Origin: Entomortierella parvispora E1425
Taxonomy: Eukaryota > Fungi > Mortierellomycota
Assembly: GCA_020891255.1 (NCBI GenBank)
Contig: BQFW01000005.1
Location: 1,240,001 to 1,304,000 of the forward strand
Direction: 5' to 3'
DNA length: 64,000 nt
Below are positions 60,610 to 64,000 of the stretch, in pieces. Within the stretch, counting starts at the first letter, position 1. Each line of letters begins with the position of its first letter. Both the position numbers and the translations under genes were made by a program. The notes below the pieces were generated by a model. The model did not search any database. It worked only from the letters and a program-made list of their open reading frames with translations, and was not told where the DNA came from.

Positions 60610-61075
60610 TGGATGTGGTAAGGGGGAGAAGACAATGGTAGGGAAGGCTAAGATTGTCGAACTTTGAGACTGGAGACTGAGAGGTATTTATTGTATGCAC
60701 TTTGCATCGGCAGATGGAGAGACCATCCGGATTGCACATAACGTATGTAAGCCTCTGTGGTGTTACCACCGTACTAAGGGTTGGGGATCGGCAGTAGCTC
60801 AAGGAGAGGAGAGCTGGTCACAAGTGATCAAGGGAAAGAGGATTGCTTGCGAGGTGGAGGATAGACGTGCAGGATCTCACTGTCTAAGTGTGTATACCAA
60901 GTATTAATAAAGATCTCAGTCGGGTGGAAGTTCTTGACTTGAATGAGAGCAAGTCTGATCGGCAGAACAGGGTCTGTGATATCCAAAGGTGGGGGGGGGG
61001 GGGGAAAGGAATGACTAGAAACTAATAGTCTCAGCAATCGGTATTAAAGTCGTCGAGCTTGCTGCTTCTGCAAAG

Positions 61076-61852
61076 GAGATATCGGGCAGGCCGGAGGGGG
61101 ATCTGTATGACTTCTGCAAATGTGTGATCTGTATCCACTACACCACACCGCCATTTTAGAAATCTTGATCCACTATCGTGCGATGCTGAGATATCGGGCA
61201 GGTCGGAGGGGGATCTGTATGACCTCTGCAAATGTGTGATCTGTATCCACTACACCACACCGCCATTTTAGAAATCTTGATCCACTATCGTGCGATGCTG
61301 AGATATCGGGCAGGTCGGAGGGGGATCTGTATGACCTCTGCAAATGTGTGATCTGTATCCACTACACCACACCGCCATTTTAGAAATCTTGATCCACTAT
61401 CGTGCGATGCTGAGATATCGGGCAGGTCGGAGGGGGATCTGTATGACTTCTGCAAATGTGTGATCTGTATCCACTACACCACACCGCCATTTTAGAAATC
61501 TTGATCCACTATCGTGCGATGCTGAGATATCGGGCAGGCCGGAGGGGGATCTGTATGACTTCTGCAAATGTGTGATCTGTATCCACTGCACCACACCGCC
61601 AAAGAAATCTTGATCCACTATCGTGCGATGCTGAGATATCGGGCAGGTCGGAGGGGGATCTGTATGACTTCTGCAAATGTGTGATCTGTATCCACTGCAC
61701 CACACCGCCAAAGAAATCTTGATCCACTATCGTGCGATGCTGAGATATCGGGCAGGTCGGAGGGGGATCTGCATGACTTCTGCAAATGTGTGATCTGTAT
61801 CCACCACACCACACCGCCATTTTAGAAATCTTGATCCACTATCGTGCGATGC
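61076..61852. repeat. Minisatellite of seven 112/109-bp units
   Basis: GAGATATCGGGCAGG starts at 61076, 61188, 61300, 61412, 61524, 61633 and 61742. Two units carry CCGCCAAAG instead of CCGCCATTTTAG (109 bp). Confidence 0.95.
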
Positions 61853-63101
61853 AGCAGCGAAATCTGTAATCACAAGCAGCGGCACATTCAGTCTCGGATA
61901 TCCAGTTTTCCCGAAGTAGATATCTAAATTAGCCGCTTTGATCCTCTTACTATTTTTGTGGCCGGGGTTCTAGTCGCTAGGGTTCTGGGCGCGGTACATG
62001 GGGAGGGACGATTGAGAAACAACCTTTACGTTTACTGCAGGCTTTTTCTTCGGTCCGTTCAGTCTCCATCGCCGGAACAACATAAGGCAAGCACAAAGTC
62101 TCTGACATCCATTTTTCCACAAATAAAAAAAAAAAAAAACTTCCACCACCACTGTGCGATGCAGTAGCGAAAGCTGGAGTCACAATCTTGTTGACCTTGC
62201 AATGGGCTCGCTTGTGAGGGCCGGATTGTTGCAACCTTTTGGTTCGCATGTTAAAGAGGGAGAGTGCGGCACATTCATCACTACTTTGTGTTGGACACAA
62301 TGCGAAATTCTCGATCCTCAAAAAAAAAAAAGCGGGCTTGGATTCCACCTGACAATTTCAGTGGCTCGCTCTGTACCAACCATGTCCAACCTTACGTCAA
62401 GCCCCATAGCAGAACAAAAGCTCTCAACTCACCAGCAACAGAAGCGTGTCTACAACCCTAGTAGCGTTTACGATCCTGCCACTCCAAACCCTGCCACGCC
62501 AATCAAGCCCAAACAGCTCGGCTCAACCAATGTGACCACCTCCCCTTAAAAAAAACTCCATTCACAGCTCCTTCTACACTTGTCTGACTTCTAGTCCTCT
62601 CCGCTGTGATGTTGCTAATGTTGGTTTGTAAGTACTCACAAGTCAAATCTACTTTCTGTGTCGTCAGTTACAACTGATTGCCATATTAATAAATTTTCTC
62701 TTGGTCATTTCTACCTAGTGTGGTTGCTCTTCCCTTGACCTTTATTATTGCATGGCACGAATCGGTGGTTTGAAGACTACCGATTGATCCTTCAGCCGCC
62801 GCTCAACAGTTAGTTTCTCAAGAACAGCGGCTTTGTCTTCGCTGGCTGTAACCTGACAACCTGTGGATCTAGTAGAGGTCGGTGGTTGGTCTTCCTCCTC
62901 CTCCCTCCTCCTTCCCCTCCTCAGCGTTGTAAACGCCAATGCCAATTTCCAGGCCCTCTTCTTCAGTGGAATAGGCGAAGCTAATTATTGTTTGTTGGGC
63001 GCCTTTTTGTTTTTGTTATTCACGTTTTGTTTGGAAATGTCTCGCGCAACTGACTCACTTCTCATTTCATTGTTCACTTGGTCGTTTCATTATATCTTGC
63101 C

Positions 63102-63503
63102 ATGCCAAGCCCAACATCCTTCACAGAGCACAGCGACCATGAAGATGATAATCATTCAACGATAAGCGACAGCACTACTTGTCCCTTATGTGGAGATGCG
63201 TTTTCAAACTCGGGCAGTCTTCGGAACCATAAAGCCAGGAGCCACGATGGTGAACGCAGGAGAATCTGGCCATTGAAGTGCCTTTGGTGTTCTATCCCCC
63301 CCTATAATGAAGATGGATGGGATGGGCGTGCCTGCGCAATTGAAGAAAAGAAAATGTTAGCAGATGAAAACAAGCGTTCGTCAAAGCACAATGGGCCAAG
63401 TCTCTGGGACTTACAAGGGTGCAAGGGCGATGCGTGTGTTTTTGCCAGCCATTACGTCCAGCCCGCGAATAGATTTTTTTGTGCGGAATTGAGTGCTCCT
63501 TAA
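63102..63503 (+). CDS. C2H2 zinc-finger-containing ORF, probably part of a decayed larger gene
   Basis: CPLCGDAFSNSGSLRNHKARSH is a canonical C2H2 finger. Confidence 0.5.
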   Translation: MPSPTSFTEHSDHEDDNHSTISDSTTCPLCGDAFSNSGSLRNHKARSHDGERRRIWPLKCLWCSIPPYNEDGWDGRACAIEEKKMLADENKRSSKHNGPSLWDLQGCKGDACVFASHYVQPANRFFCAELSAP

Positions 63504-63714
63504 CTGACTTGCTTTATTTTGGATACGGTGTGAAAGCCAATCTTTTACATGCGCTAGAACCAATCTGTAGAAAAGACCGCTGCGGGATACCTTGTATACA
63601 CGGTGTGAAAGACAAATTTTTACATGCTCTAGAACCAATCTCCCGATGGCATCATCAGATAGCTGCAACTGAGGACTATTATGAGCCAAGGTATCAGGGT
63701 CCCAGGATCTGACC

Positions 63715-64000
63715 TTGCCACCGAAAAATGCTCCAAATGACCCTAAAAACATCAAGTCGACCCCACGCTTCAGGGGTTTAGCACGGGGGCCCCCTTTGAG
63801 GTCATGGCCGGATTCCGACGGGGAGGAGGCCGGACAGGACCCCCCTGTATTCCAGCTCGGTGTGGAGCAGATGGCCCAACATGGGCTATATTTTTCTGGG
63901 CTATATTTTTTCACGGGCGCAGCTGGCACAGGAAAGTCGGAGTGTTGAAGGAGCTCTGTCGTCAATTAAAGGCAACCACAACGTACGAGTCTGTGGTATT
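63715..64000 (+). pseudogene. PIF1-like helicase Walker A fragment with a frameshift, running off the window
   Basis: YFFTGAAGTGKS followed, after a 1-nt shift, by VLKELCRQLK, resembling PIF1 FFTGSAGTGKSxLLxxI. Confidence 0.45.

Larger units (their letters stand above)
59133..62718. repeat. 20-bp direct repeat pair (59133-59152 and 62699-62718) bracketing a 3.6-kb segment
   Basis: TCTTGGTCATTTCTGCCTAG versus TCTTGGTCATTTCTACCTAG (19/20 identical). Confidence 0.5.

Noticed and set aside
61076-61852. CRISPR-like appearance and the ORFs 61031-61820 within the 112-bp array
   Set aside because: No spacers; the unit length is not a multiple of three and the ORFs are by-products of the repeat.

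Overview
Eukaryotic, intron-containing fungal DNA (short GT-AG introns). The gene families point to an early-diverging fungus, probably Mortierellaceae; this is an inference. Most of the window (about 1.5-47 kb) is an accessory, duplication-rich region. It holds six paralogous genes with GCR1_C-type DNA-binding domains that share a phase-0 intron and a Crypton/Ndc10-like N-terminal motif, interleaved with five F-box-like/LRR genes (a sixth lies at 53.7 kb). Also present are an apparently intact MULE/SWIM transposase, an AA11-like LPMO, an FAD monooxygenase with an 11-nt micro-exon, a secreted S8 subtilisin, a large coiled-coil/LRR protein, a gag relic, one atypical tRNA-Leu-like gene and two decayed tRNA-Leu-like elements that bracket a 145-bp minisatellite. 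A conserved block (USP30-like deubiquitinase, RFA3, IWR1) lies at 47-53 kb. The right end carries a small secreted peptide gene, an intronless orphan ORF with spacing reminiscent of a terpenoid synthase inside a 20-bp direct repeat, a 112-bp minisatellite and a decayed C2H2/PIF1-like locus. Exon structures were reconstructed by eye and no database searches were run.
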